IMG/VR virus record: IMGVR_UViG_2684622669_000001 | Location: 1 to 19,618 of that record | From: a virus | Taxonomy: Duplodnaviria; Heunggongvirae; Uroviricota; Caudoviricetes | DNA length: 19,618 bases | Reading direction: 5' to 3' (one strand) | In this document: positions 8,812 through 17,312 of the stretch, piece by piece | How positions within the stretch are numbered: the stretch's first letter is position 1 | How the letters are laid out: every line of letters begins with the position of its first letter | Notes under the pieces: generated by a model | What the model saw: the letters and a program-made list of their open reading frames with translations, nothing else | Databases searched by the model: none | Told to the model about the DNA's origin: nothing | Made by a program: the position numbers and the translations under genes

Positions 8812-10230
8812 ATGCCGATTCAGCAACTTCCGCTTATGAAAGGTGTCGGCAAAGACTTCCGAAACGCCGACTATATCGACTATCTGCCAGTGAATATGCT
8901 GGCTACACCCAAAGAAATCCTCAACAGCAGCGGATATCTTCGCTCATTCCCGGGCATTGCCAAACGTTCTGATGTGAATGGTGTATCGCGCGGCGTCGAG
9001 TACAACATGGCGCAGAATGCTGTTTATCGCGTGTGTGGTGGCAAGCTCTACAAAGGGGAAAGTGAAGTCGGTGACGTCGCCGGAAGTGATCGTGTATCAA
9101 TGGCGCATGGTCGGACATCACAGGCGATAGGTGTTAATGGTCAACTGGTCGAATACCGCTATGATGGCACGGTTAAAACCGTCTCAAACTGGCCTACTGA
9201 CAGCGGATTCACACAGTACGAGTTAGGTTCAGTTCGCGACATTACGCGCTTACGTGGGCGTTATGCGTGGTCAAAAGACGGCACTGATTCATGGTTTATC
9301 ACTGACCTTGAAGACGAATCGCATCCTGACCGCTACAGCGCACAATATCGCGCAGAATCGCAGCCGGACGGCATCATCGGTATCGGGACATGGCGAGACT
9401 TCATCGTCTGCTTTGGTTCATCGACTATTGAATATTTTTCCCTGACAGGTGCAACCACCGTTGGTGCCGCTTTGTATGTCGCACAGCCATCGCTGATGGT
9501 GCAGAAAGGCATTGCCGGAACTTACTGCAAAACGCCGTTTGCTGATTCGTATGCGTTCATCAGCAATCCGGCAACAGGTGCGCCGTCTGTGTATATCATC
9601 GGCTCTGGTCAGGTATCACCAATCGCCAGCGCGAGCGTTGAGAAAATCCTCCGCTCCTACACTGCTGATGAACTGGCTGATGGCGTGATGGAGTCTCTGC
9701 GCTTTGATGCTCATGAGTTGCTGATTATCCACCTTCCTCGCCATGTTCTCGTGTACGACGCATCTTCAAGCGCCAATGGTCCGCAATGGTGTGTACTGAA
9801 AACAGGCTTGTATGACGATGTGTACCGCGCTATCGACTTCATTTACGAAGGAAATCAGATAACGTGCGGCGATAAGCTGGAATCGGTTATCGGCAAATTG
9901 CAGTTCGATATCAGCAGCCAGTACGACAAGCAACAGGAACACCTGTTGTTTACTCCGTTGTTCAAAGCGGATAACGCAAGAGTGTTCGACCTTGAGGTTG
10001 AATCTTCAACTGGCGTTGCGCAGTACGCTGACCGCCTGTTCCTCTCTGCAACCACTGACGGAATCAATTACGGACGTGAGCAGATGATTGAACAGAATGA
10101 ACCGTTCGTTTACGACAAACGTGTTTTGTGGAAGCGAGTAGGGCGCATCAGGAAAAATGTCGGTTTCAAATTGCGCGTTATCACGAAGTCACCTGTAACT
10201 CTGTCTGGCGCTCAGATAAGGATTGAGTAA
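8812..10230 (+). CDS. Tail accessory / hub protein (P22 gp10-like)
   Basis: 472 aa, the same length as P22 gp10. The N-terminus [49 protein letters not shown] is near-identical to my recollection of gp10. SD gaggtga. Confidence 0.9.
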   Translation: MPIQQLPLMKGVGKDFRNADYIDYLPVNMLATPKEILNSSGYLRSFPGIAKRSDVNGVSRGVEYNMAQNAVYRVCGGKLYKGESEVGDVAGSDRVSMAHGRTSQAIGVNGQLVEYRYDGTVKTVSNWPTDSGFTQYELGSVRDITRLRGRYAWSKDGTDSWFITDLEDESHPDRYSAQYRAESQPDGIIGIGTWRDFIVCFGSSTIEYFSLTGATTVGAALYVAQPSLMVQKGIAGTYCKTPFADSYAFISNPATGAPSVYIIGSGQVSPIASASVEKILRSYTADELADGVMESLRFDAHELLIIHLPRHVLVYDASSSANGPQWCVLKTGLYDDVYRAIDFIYEGNQITCGDKLESVIGKLQFDISSQYDKQQEHLLFTPLFKADNARVFDLEVESSTGVAQYADRLFLSATTDGINYGREQMIEQNEPFVYDKRVLWKRVGRIRKNVGFKLRVITKSPVTLSGAQIRIE

Positions 10231-10931
10231 TGGCGGATTCGAATCTCAATACACCTGTTATTGTTCAGGCGACGCGGCTCGATACATCAGTCCTTCCACG
10301 CAATATCTTCTCGCAGTCATATCTGCTGTACGTTATTGCACAGGGTGCTGATGTTGGTAACGTGGCTAACAAAGCCAACGAGGCAGGACAGGGCGCTTAT
10401 GATGCACAAGTCAGGAACGATGAGCAGGATGTGATTCTCGATGACCACGATGCAAGAATCACCGCAAACACAAAAGCGATAAATCTCCTTGAGGTCAGGT
10501 TAACAACCGCCGAAGGGAAGATAGTCGTACTGCGTAGCGATGTTGATTACTTGCTGGATGAGGTTATCGATATTCAGGCGCATCTTGTCACTGTTGACAA
10601 AAGACTGGAGGGCGTAGAAAGCGATGTATCTGACATTAAGAGTGATTACGTATCGAAAACCGTAACCGAATCGCAGTCTCTTGCGTCACCACTGAATGTA
10701 AAAACATCATATTCAGTTGATGGAATTCAGGTTGTTGGAGCAAGAAATACCGGATGGACTGCAGCCACAGGTACGCCACTTCTTGGCTCATTCAACGCTA
10801 ACCAGTCATACACTGTCGGCACTACGTACACACAATCCGAAGTCGCAGCTCTCGCTACAGGTTTGCAGCAGGCGCGGCAGCGTATTCTGGCGCTTGAAAC
10901 GGCACTTAGATTACATGGGCTGATTGACTGA
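10230..10931 (+). CDS. Tail needle (P22 gp26-like), trimeric coiled-coil plug
   Basis: 233 aa, the same length as P22 gp26. The N-terminus [39 protein letters not shown] and the C-terminal ...[19 protein letters not shown]... match gp26 from memory. TAATG overlap with the upstream gene. Confidence 0.9.
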   Translation: MADSNLNTPVIVQATRLDTSVLPRNIFSQSYLLYVIAQGADVGNVANKANEAGQGAYDAQVRNDEQDVILDDHDARITANTKAINLLEVRLTTAEGKIVVLRSDVDYLLDEVIDIQAHLVTVDKRLEGVESDVSDIKSDYVSKTVTESQSLASPLNVKTSYSVDGIQVVGARNTGWTAATGTPLLGSFNANQSYTVGTTYTQSEVAALATGLQQARQRILALETALRLHGLID

Positions 10932-11386
10932 TGATTACATTCAAACCAACGCGAAACATCGACCTGATAGAAGCAGTCGGAAATCACCCTGACATTATCG
11001 CCGGGAGCAACAACGGTGATGGATACGACTACAAACCTGATTGCCGTTACTTTGAGGTGAACGTGCACGGGCAGTTCGGCGGCATTGTTTACTATCAGGA
11101 GATTCAGCCGCTGACATTCGATTGCCACGCCATGTACCTGCCAGAGGTTCGCGGCTTCAGCAAGGAAATCGGGCTGGCGTTCTGGCGATACATTCTGATT
11201 AACACCACCGTTCAGTGCGTCACATCGTTCGCTGCACGCAAATTCCGCCACGGTCAGATGTATTGCGCAATGATTGGCCTTAATCGTGTAGGAACCATCA
11301 AGAAATACTTCAAAGGCGTGGATGACGTGACGTTTTACAGCGCCACACGCGAAGAACTAATCGACTTCCTGAATCACGGGAGATAG
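10931..11386 (+). CDS. gp14-like virion/ejection-associated protein (by synteny)
   Basis: 151 aa. Occupies the gene-14 position of the P22 order, with a TGATG overlap to the needle gene. Assignment is by position, not by sequence recollection. Confidence 0.6.
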   Translation: MITFKPTRNIDLIEAVGNHPDIIAGSNNGDGYDYKPDCRYFEVNVHGQFGGIVYYQEIQPLTFDCHAMYLPEVRGFSKEIGLAFWRYILINTTVQCVTSFAARKFRHGQMYCAMIGLNRVGTIKKYFKGVDDVTFYSATREELIDFLNHGR

Positions 11387-11388
11387 CC

Positions 11389-12081
11389 ATGTTATATGCA
11401 TTTACGCTGGGCAGAAAACTGCGCGGCGAGGAACCTTATTGCCCTGAAAAAGGCGGGAAAGGTGGCAGTTCTGATAAAAGCGCAAAGTATGCCGCAGAAG
11501 CTCAGAAGTATGCCGCAGACCTGCAAAATAAGCAGTTCAACACCATCATGAACAACCTGAAGCCGTTTACTCCTCTGGCTGATAAGTATCTCGGCAGCCT
11601 CGAGAACTTATCGTCTCTGGAAGGGCAAGGTCAGGCACTTAACCAGTATTACAACTCTCAGCAGTACAAAGATCTTGCTGGTCAGGCTCGCTATCAGAGT
11701 CTGGCGGCAGCGGAAGCAACAGGTGGATTGGGTTCCACCGCAACCAGTAATCAGTTAGCAACAATCGCACCAACGCTTGGTCAGCAATGGCTATCTGGAC
11801 AAATGAACAATTACAACAACCTGGCAAATATCGGTCTTGGCGCTCTTCAGGGGCAGGCAAACGCCGGGCAAACATATGCCAACAACATGAGTCAGATTTC
11901 ACAGCAAAGCGCGGCGCTGGCTGCGGCAAACGCCAACCGACCGTCAGCATTGCAGCAGGGGGTTAGTGGTGCTGCATCCGGTGCGCTTTTGGGTGGTGGC
12001 ATAGCCAGTGCTCTCGAGCTATCAACTCCGTGGGGTGCTGGTATCGGTGCTGGTCTTGGTCTGCTTGGCTCGTTGTTTTAA
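11389..12081 (+). CDS. Ejection (internal virion) protein, P22 gp7-like
   Basis: 230 aa (P22 gp7 is about 229 aa). Q/N/A/G-rich low-complexity protein with a Gly-rich hydrophobic C-terminus (GGGIASALELSTPWGAGIGAGLGLLGSLF). SD gggaga. Confidence 0.7.
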   Translation: MLYAFTLGRKLRGEEPYCPEKGGKGGSSDKSAKYAAEAQKYAADLQNKQFNTIMNNLKPFTPLADKYLGSLENLSSLEGQGQALNQYYNSQQYKDLAGQARYQSLAAAEATGGLGSTATSNQLATIAPTLGQQWLSGQMNNYNNLANIGLGALQGQANAGQTYANNMSQISQQSAALAAANANRPSALQQGVSGAASGALLGGGIASALELSTPWGAGIGAGLGLLGSLF

Positions 12082-12091
12082 GGGGTAATCA

Positions 12092-13441
12092 ATGGCTACG
12101 TGGCAACAGGGTATTAATTCTGGTGGTTTTCTGGCTGGCATCGGTACGCAAAATGAGAATGCGCCAAAGGCAAGCGACATTAACGCAACGCTTGGTCTGA
12201 TCCGCGAAAACAATGAGTTGGCTCGCTCAGGTGCAAATAACGTTGGTCTGACCGCGTTACGTGGTCTGGCTGGAGTTGCTGATATTTATAAGCAGGAACA
12301 GCAACAGAAAGCGATTAATGCGTTCAATAAGGTTCATGCTGATGCATGGGCTTCTGGTGATCCATCGGGACTATTTAAGTTTGCCAAGGAAAATCCAGCG
12401 TTTGTTGCGCAGGCACAACAGGCGTTTTCCGGTCTTAATGAGCAGCAACGCAACGATATGGGCGATTTAGCCATGAGAGCTAACGTCGCTCTTTCTCAGG
12501 GACCGGAAGCCTACAGTAAATTCATTACTGACAACAAGGACAGGTTAAATCGCGTTGGCGCTAATGCTGACTGGATGATTCAGACAGGTATCCAGAATCC
12601 AGAGCAGCTATCACACATGCTGACTACTATGTCTCTCGGTGCGCTTGGACCAGAAAAGGCGTTTGCTGTTCAGGATAAGATGGTTGGTCGCCAGCAGGAG
12701 CAGCAAAGAATTAAAGAAACCATTCGCAATAATGACATGACGAATGCGAGGGCTATTAGGGGTCAGGATCTTTCCTATAAGGCTCAAATGGCAAGACTGA
12801 ATCACGACAAGTATGTGTTTAAGCAGTCACAGGCGGCCCTTGAAAGAGCAGGACAACTTCAGGATATGGATGTTTTGTCTCTTAACTCACAGATAGCAGC
12901 GACGGGAATTGATCCGCTAACCGGTAAAGCTGCAACGTCAGCCAGAATGTCTCAGGCTAAGAGATGGCTTGATGGCAACAATAATTACAACAATGCGTTA
13001 ATTACTGGTGAGCGAGGGATAGAGAAAATTGATTCTTTGCTTGGTAAGAAGGAGCTTGAAGGTATTGGTCGCTTCGAAGGAAGAAATATAGATGGCTTCA
13101 CAAGTGCTGAAGGGCTTGCAAACCGTAATGCGATAGAAGAATTAAAGTCGGGGGCGTTTGTCCAGAACGTGCAGACTATGCGAGGTATGGGTAGCCTCTC
13201 CAATGCTGAAGGCCAAAAACTGGAAAACCTGATCGCGAAACTCGATATAACACAGCCTGAAGAGGTCGTCAGAAAACAGTTATCTGAAATCCGATCGCAA
13301 TATTCTGTATTTCAAAAGGTTGCAGCAAGGGAGGCTGAATCAATGGGATATAGTTCATCAGGTTATGACACATATGTTAGTGAGCGAAAATCAGGAAGCG
13401 ACAGCAATAAGTCCGGTTTCTCGTCTTTATGGGGTGATTAA
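12092..13441 (+). CDS. Ejection protein, P22 gp20-like
   Basis: 449 aa (P22 gp20 is about 471 aa). Position in the operon; SD aagggg. Confidence 0.7.
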   Translation: MATWQQGINSGGFLAGIGTQNENAPKASDINATLGLIRENNELARSGANNVGLTALRGLAGVADIYKQEQQQKAINAFNKVHADAWASGDPSGLFKFAKENPAFVAQAQQAFSGLNEQQRNDMGDLAMRANVALSQGPEAYSKFITDNKDRLNRVGANADWMIQTGIQNPEQLSHMLTTMSLGALGPEKAFAVQDKMVGRQQEQQRIKETIRNNDMTNARAIRGQDLSYKAQMARLNHDKYVFKQSQAALERAGQLQDMDVLSLNSQIAATGIDPLTGKAATSARMSQAKRWLDGNNNYNNALITGERGIEKIDSLLGKKELEGIGRFEGRNIDGFTSAEGLANRNAIEELKSGAFVQNVQTMRGMGSLSNAEGQKLENLIAKLDITQPEEVVRKQLSEIRSQYSVFQKVAAREAESMGYSSSGYDTYVSERKSGSDSNKSGFSSLWGD

Positions 13442-15609
13442 TGGCTAAAGCATGGAAAGATGTTATCGCTTCTCCACAGTATCAGGCGTTAACTGAAGAA
13501 CAGAAAGCACAGGCTCAAGCGCAATATTTTGATGAGGTTGTTGCCCCTAAGGCTGGTGACAAATGGGCTGAAGCAAGAGATCAGTTTTATGCAGCATACC
13601 CTCCGCCTCAGCAGCAGAAAGAAGAACCATCATTGATGCAACAAGCTGGCGATTGGCTCACTGGTGGTCAAAGTGCAGGGCAAATTGCAGAACAGGCTGG
13701 TCGTGGTCTGGTAAACATACCATTTGACGTATTGCAGGGTGGCGCAAGTCTGATTAATGCAATCAGCCAGGGGCTTGGTGGCCCCAAGGTTTTGGATGAT
13801 GTTTATCGCCCTGTCGATCGACCGACAGACCCTTGGGCGCAAGCCGGTGAAACATTTGGGGGGTATCTCCTGCCAATTGGCACAGCGGCAAAAGCTGCTG
13901 GAGCGACAGCAAAGCTCGCAGGAGACATCGGTTCCGCAGGAAACATGATTGCAGGTTCTCTTGCTGATGCTGCAAATCAGGAGGGCGATTTTGCACAAAA
14001 TGCTGCCATTAATGGTGGTATCAATATTGGTGCTCAGGGGATACTTTCTGGGGCTGGAAGGATCTTAACCTCTAAATCACCTCAAGTTCTTGGTGGCGGG
14101 GCAATAAATTCCGCTGCTGATGTTTCGAAAATGGCAAAGTCTGGTACAGGAAGAGAGATTATTGCCAGACAGTCAGCTAATGTGTCAGACGAAATAGCAA
14201 AAGCAGCAGATACTGCTGGAATAGATATCAACGCATTAACTCCTGGCATGAGATCAGGTAGTCGTGGTCTTGCTCAGGCGGAGGGGATTCTGGCGTCAAA
14301 GCCCGGAATTACACAGGATGCACACACCAAAGCATTCAGTGAAATAGAGTCGAAATTTAACTCAGCATTGGATGAGTTTGGGGCTGAAGCAGGAACTGCA
14401 TCAGAAAAAAGTGCAGCCATAAAACAAAGGGTTTTGGCAAGTATTGATAAAATGAAAAATTCAGAAAAGGCCGCATGGGATAGCGTCCGCTCCACGATTC
14501 CTGACGCAAAGGCCAGAATGTCAAACCTGAACGCTACAATTCAGGGTGATATTTTGGCTGGCATGCCGCTAACTCCTGAGATGAAACAATTCGCATCTGC
14601 TTATGCTAAAACTGGTAAAAAAGGAATCACGTTTGATGCCATGAAGGCATGGCGAAGTAAACTTGCTGACGCAGAGCAGAAGTATATAAGGTCTGGTGAG
14701 GCAAATACGGCAAGGCGCATGGCTGAGCTTCGTGATGCAGCAACGGAAGATATGCGCATAATGGCTCAAAATGGCGGTTTTCTTGATGACTGGCAAAAAG
14801 CTAATGATCTGTCAAAGGCAAGATTTACAGCACAAGAACAGGCTGAAGCAGCGTTTGGTAGAGACCTTGCAACTGATCAGTTGGTAACTAATGGATCTAA
14901 GGCGTTACAGGGTTCAGCAAAAAGTGGAACAGGTCAGTTCCATAAAATAATAAGCGCCCTACCTGAGTCGGAACGCGCGCCAGCAATTGCATCAATATTA
15001 CAAGATGCAATGTCGCAAGGGGTACGCGGAGGTAAGTCTGAAGAGGCTGGAATTAAGCATATCGCGACTATTCTTACCCCACAAAACGTGAAGGCAATTA
15101 GTCGATATTCTCCAGAACTTGGCAGGATTACAAGTTCATACGGAGAACTTGCACGAGCAGCAACAAAGCCACTTCGATATGTTGAACAGACAGGGCGATC
15201 TATGCCAGCCATTAGCACTCTTGAGAATGGCCTTCATCCAGTTTTAGAGAGCGCATTGTCTGGCGCTTTTAGAACTACTGGCACTATCGCAGGGTTCTCT
15301 GGAGGAGGCGTTATTGGAGCAATAGCGGGTGGCGCTGCAGGTGGGGCAATTGATGCAATGGCAAAAGGAGCGATAGCGAAATTATCCGCAACTAGAAGCG
15401 GTCGTTACGCTATTGAAAAGGCTGTTCAAGAGGCAACAAAGGCAGTTAAGGTTGGGGCAAGTGATGGCGCATTAGCGGCGGCGGAACGCAGATTTATGGC
15501 AAATAAGGCCGCCGTAAAAGCAATACGCGAGGCACTAGGAAACGAAGAGTTCCAGCGTTTAGCAAGAGCTGGAATTGTGGCATCGCTAAGCGGAATGGCA
15601 CAGGAGTAA
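13441..15609 (+). CDS. Ejection protein, P22 gp16-like (longer than P22 gp16)
   Basis: 722 aa, last gene of the virion operon, TAATG overlap with the upstream gene. Gly/Ala-rich hydrophobic segment near the C-terminus ([30 protein letters not shown]). Confidence 0.7.
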   Translation: MAKAWKDVIASPQYQALTEEQKAQAQAQYFDEVVAPKAGDKWAEARDQFYAAYPPPQQQKEEPSLMQQAGDWLTGGQSAGQIAEQAGRGLVNIPFDVLQGGASLINAISQGLGGPKVLDDVYRPVDRPTDPWAQAGETFGGYLLPIGTAAKAAGATAKLAGDIGSAGNMIAGSLADAANQEGDFAQNAAINGGINIGAQGILSGAGRILTSKSPQVLGGGAINSAADVSKMAKSGTGREIIARQSANVSDEIAKAADTAGIDINALTPGMRSGSRGLAQAEGILASKPGITQDAHTKAFSEIESKFNSALDEFGAEAGTASEKSAAIKQRVLASIDKMKNSEKAAWDSVRSTIPDAKARMSNLNATIQGDILAGMPLTPEMKQFASAYAKTGKKGITFDAMKAWRSKLADAEQKYIRSGEANTARRMAELRDAATEDMRIMAQNGGFLDDWQKANDLSKARFTAQEQAEAAFGRDLATDQLVTNGSKALQGSAKSGTGQFHKIISALPESERAPAIASILQDAMSQGVRGGKSEEAGIKHIATILTPQNVKAISRYSPELGRITSSYGELARAATKPLRYVEQTGRSMPAISTLENGLHPVLESALSGAFRTTGTIAGFSGGGVIGAIAGGAAGGAIDAMAKGAIAKLSATRSGRYAIEKAVQEATKAVKVGASDGALAAAERRFMANKAAVKAIREALGNEEFQRLARAGIVASLSGMAQE

Positions 15610-15939
15610 TTAGTCATCCATGGATGGATTGAGCTTATCTCGTGTTGATGTGGCAATTTTCCCAACATTTTTCAACCAAGATTTTAAGAAGGATATGTCG
15701 TCCTTAATATCATGAATATCCTCATTCTTTATACGATCAACCTTATCCTCTAAGCTCTCTATAGAACGCTCAATGCTAGACAGAGAGATTTTTAAGTCCC
15801 CTTGCTCACGTTCCAGTGAGGATTTGAGAGCACAATATTCGTTTTCTAGAATTCCTATTTTTTTTGTTAGAGAGTGCATTCGATACTCATACACCAAACC
15901 AGAAACGACTAATGCAGCCAACAGAAACCATTCAAGCAC
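15610..15939 (-). CDS. Hypothetical membrane-anchored coiled-coil protein (accessory gene)
   Basis: The track ORF 15610-16155(-) is trimmed to the in-frame GTG at 15937-15939, which has a perfect SD aaggagg 5 nt upstream. Predicted product has an N-terminal hydrophobic helix (LEWFLLAALVVSGLVYEY) then a heptad-like charged region. Stop abuts the gp16-like stop. AT-rich. Confidence 0.5.
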   Translation of the reverse strand: MLEWFLLAALVVSGLVYEYRMHSLTKKIGILENEYCALKSSLEREQGDLKISLSSIERSIESLEDKVDRIKNEDIHDIKDDISFLKSWLKNVGKIATSTRDKLNPSMDD

Positions 15940-15969
15940 ACCAACCTCCTTAGTTTTGAACAGGATACC

Positions 15970-16335
15970 ATGAAAAAAGTTAACATTGGAAACGTACCAA
16001 AGATGCTCGTTCCGCTCTTTGAGAGCGGTACAATTGTGTTTTGTAGAGACTTTCCAGAATGGCAACGCCTGCATCAAAAACTTGGCGTTGACGTGCATGA
16101 CTCGGACGCCAACGGAGCGTCTCATACAATGAGTAGCGAGAATGGTGTTTTGCATGTGATAGGCGTGTTCAATGGCAAACTATCTACTATTGCCCATGAG
16201 TGCGCTCACATGGCATTCGATATCTGCTCAAGGGTAGGTGTTGATGTTGAACTAGGAAGAGCCAACGAGACTTACTGCTACTTAATGAGCAGGCTTGTTG
16301 AGTTCTGCGAGCGACATATCAAAAAGCCGGAGTGA
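15970..16335 (+). CDS. Hypothetical HExxH-motif protein (putative minimal zincin-like metallopeptidase)
   Basis: 121 aa, SD agga 4 nt upstream of ATG. Contains IAHECAHMAFD (HExxH) with a downstream Glu in NETYCY, the gluzincin spacing. Stop codon sits in the loop of a terminator hairpin. Confidence 0.6.
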   Translation: MKKVNIGNVPKMLVPLFESGTIVFCRDFPEWQRLHQKLGVDVHDSDANGASHTMSSENGVLHVIGVFNGKLSTIAHECAHMAFDICSRVGVDVELGRANETYCYLMSRLVEFCERHIKKPE

Positions 16336-16343
16336 CCCGGCTT
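16324..16343. terminator. Bidirectional terminator between convergent accessory genes
   Basis: aagccgg (16324-16330) / agtgac / ccggctt (16337-16343). Flanked by aaaaa upstream and a T-rich stretch downstream, so both strands get a U-tract. Confidence 0.5.
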
Positions 16344-16348
16344 GATTA

Positions 16349-16528
16349 TTACTTTTTGCTGTCTGGAGTTCGCTTATCCAATACCCAGCCATGACCTGGC
16401 TTTGTTGTTGGTGGAAGCCTTTCGTTGTCCTTGACGGTTGCAAAATTGTCTTTCTTACCGCCGCGTGGGCCAACTTCTTGGTATATTCCGCCGTTTTTTC
16501 CTGTGTTTTCACCTGGTTTTTTCGCCAT
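16349..16528 (-). CDS. YjzC-like small protein (tentative family call)
   Basis: The track ORF 16349-16543(-) is trimmed to the second ATG (16526-16528), which has SD gagg 6 nt upstream. The 59-aa product MAKKPGENTGKNGGIYQEVGPRGG...ERLPPTTKPGHGWVL fits the YjzC pattern as recalled. Confidence 0.45.
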   Translation of the reverse strand: MAKKPGENTGKNGGIYQEVGPRGGKKDNFATVKDNERLPPTTKPGHGWVLDKRTPDSKK

Positions 16529-16610
16529 GATATACCTCAACATATACCCGTTATTGGGCGATTAAATATTGATCTCATTTTATAAGTAGTCAATATGGTC
16601 CAAAAAAGGC

Positions 16611-16645
16611 AAAAATTAACCCACCTTCAGGTGGGTTTTTTGTTT
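16611..16645. terminator. Bidirectional intrinsic terminator overlapping the 3' end of the Mnt-like gene
   Basis: aacccacc (16618-16625) / ttca / ggtgggtt (16630-16637), then tttttgttt on + and aattttt on the minus side. The Mnt-like stop codon (16627-16629) is in the loop. Confidence 0.6.
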
Positions 16646-16947
16646 AGCAGTTCTCTCAACTTTTCGTTCTGCTCTCTGAACTTTTCCTGTATTTCTTTTT
16701 GCATGGCGATAACCTGGGCTTGAAGTTGAACTAGCGCATCAACATTTAGCGGAACCGAGACGCTGTTGATTTTATCTGCTATTTCCCCGAGTGTATTTTC
16801 TGCATTCAAGGCATCTTCCAGTATCTGAACAATCTCTGAGTTCATTGATCTGCCGTTACGTTTGGCTCGTTCAGCTATAGCATCCCGCATTCCTGCAGGA
16901 AGCCTGATATTGAACCTATCCATTTCATGACTAGGGAACTTGCTCAT
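16627..16947 (-). CDS. Mnt/Arc-family ribbon-helix-helix repressor (Mnt-like paralogue 1) with extended C-terminal coiled coil
   Basis: 106 aa. FNIRLPAGMRDAIAERAKRNGRSMNSEIVQILEDAL matches the Arc/Mnt RHH motif (P22 Mnt: FNFRMPMEVREKLKFRAEANGRSMNSELLQIVQDAL, from memory). SD gagg. Divergent from the Arc-like gene. Confidence 0.8.
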   Translation of the reverse strand: MSKFPSHEMDRFNIRLPAGMRDAIAERAKRNGRSMNSEIVQILEDALNAENTLGEIADKINSVSVPLNVDALVQLQAQVIAMQKEIQEKFREQNEKLRELLNKKPT

Positions 16948-16989
16948 ATGACCTCAACGTAAAGATGTTCGCTAAACAATAGCACCAAC

Positions 16990-17029
16990 TTGACATCAAA
17001 ATAAATGGTGTTAAATTGGTTCTAGAACC
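16990..17029 (+). promoter_or_regulatory. Candidate rightward promoter (-35 TTGACA, -10 TAAATT) with overlapping palindromic operator
   Basis: TTGACA at 16990-16995, a 16-nt spacer, then TAAATT at 17012-17017. Perfect 12-bp palindrome GGTTCTAGAACC at 17018-17029, inside a 21-bp near-palindrome AATTGGTTCTAGAACCAAGTT (17014-17034). Confidence 0.45.
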
Positions 17030-17058
17030 AAGTTGGCATCATTGTGGGAGGATTACTT

Positions 17059-17232
17059 ATGAAAGATGTGCTTTACACAGGTCGTAAAAGTCAAAGTTTC
17101 CAGCTTCGTTTGCCAGCGCGAATGAAGGAGGAGATTAGACGTGTTGCTGAAATGGATGGAATTTCTATCAACTCTGCGATTGTGCAGCGACTGGCTAAAA
17201 GCCTGAGAGAGGAAAGAGCTAATGCCCAGTAA
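17059..17232 (+). CDS. Arc-like ribbon-helix-helix repressor
   Basis: The track ORF is trimmed to the ATG at 17059, with SD gggagg 7 nt upstream. 57 aa. FQLRLPARMKEEIRRVAEMDGISINSAIVQRL parallels P22 Arc (FNLRWPREVLDLVRKVAEENGRSVNSEIYQRV, from memory). Confidence 0.75.
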   Translation: MKDVLYTGRKSQSFQLRLPARMKEEIRRVAEMDGISINSAIVQRLAKSLREERANAQ

Positions 17233-17312
17233 AAATAGTGAAGCCCGGCAGTGCGTGAACACAAACCGGGCCTCTATGTCAGTAACCGTATGCAAGGAAA
17301 CTAACATGAATA
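17233..17312 (-). ncRNA. Candidate sar-like antisense RNA opposite the antirepressor ribosome-binding site (hypothetical)
   Basis: Minus-strand -10-like hexamers just inside the ant-like start (TACAAT = + 17312-17317; TATAAT = + 17328-17333). Minus-strand GC hairpin 17243-17272 followed by a U-rich stretch in the arc-ant spacer. Analogy to P22 sar RNA. Confidence 0.25.

Noticed and set aside
10727-11251. 174-aa minus-strand ORF spanning the needle/gp14-like junction
   Set aside because: Overlaps two tightly coupled + strand genes; Cys/Arg-rich translation; no SD.
15940-16155. Long form of the minus-strand ORF 15610-16155 (181 aa)
   Set aside because: The extra N-terminal 72 codons would overlap the HExxH gene on the opposite strand and have no SD. 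The internal GTG with AAGGAGG is a far better start.
17222-17305. N-terminal extension of the antirepressor-like ORF (start at 17222)
   Set aside because: The extension overlaps the end of the Arc-like gene and lacks an SD. The ATG at 17306 has AAGGA at proper spacing, and the Bro-N-like domain begins there.
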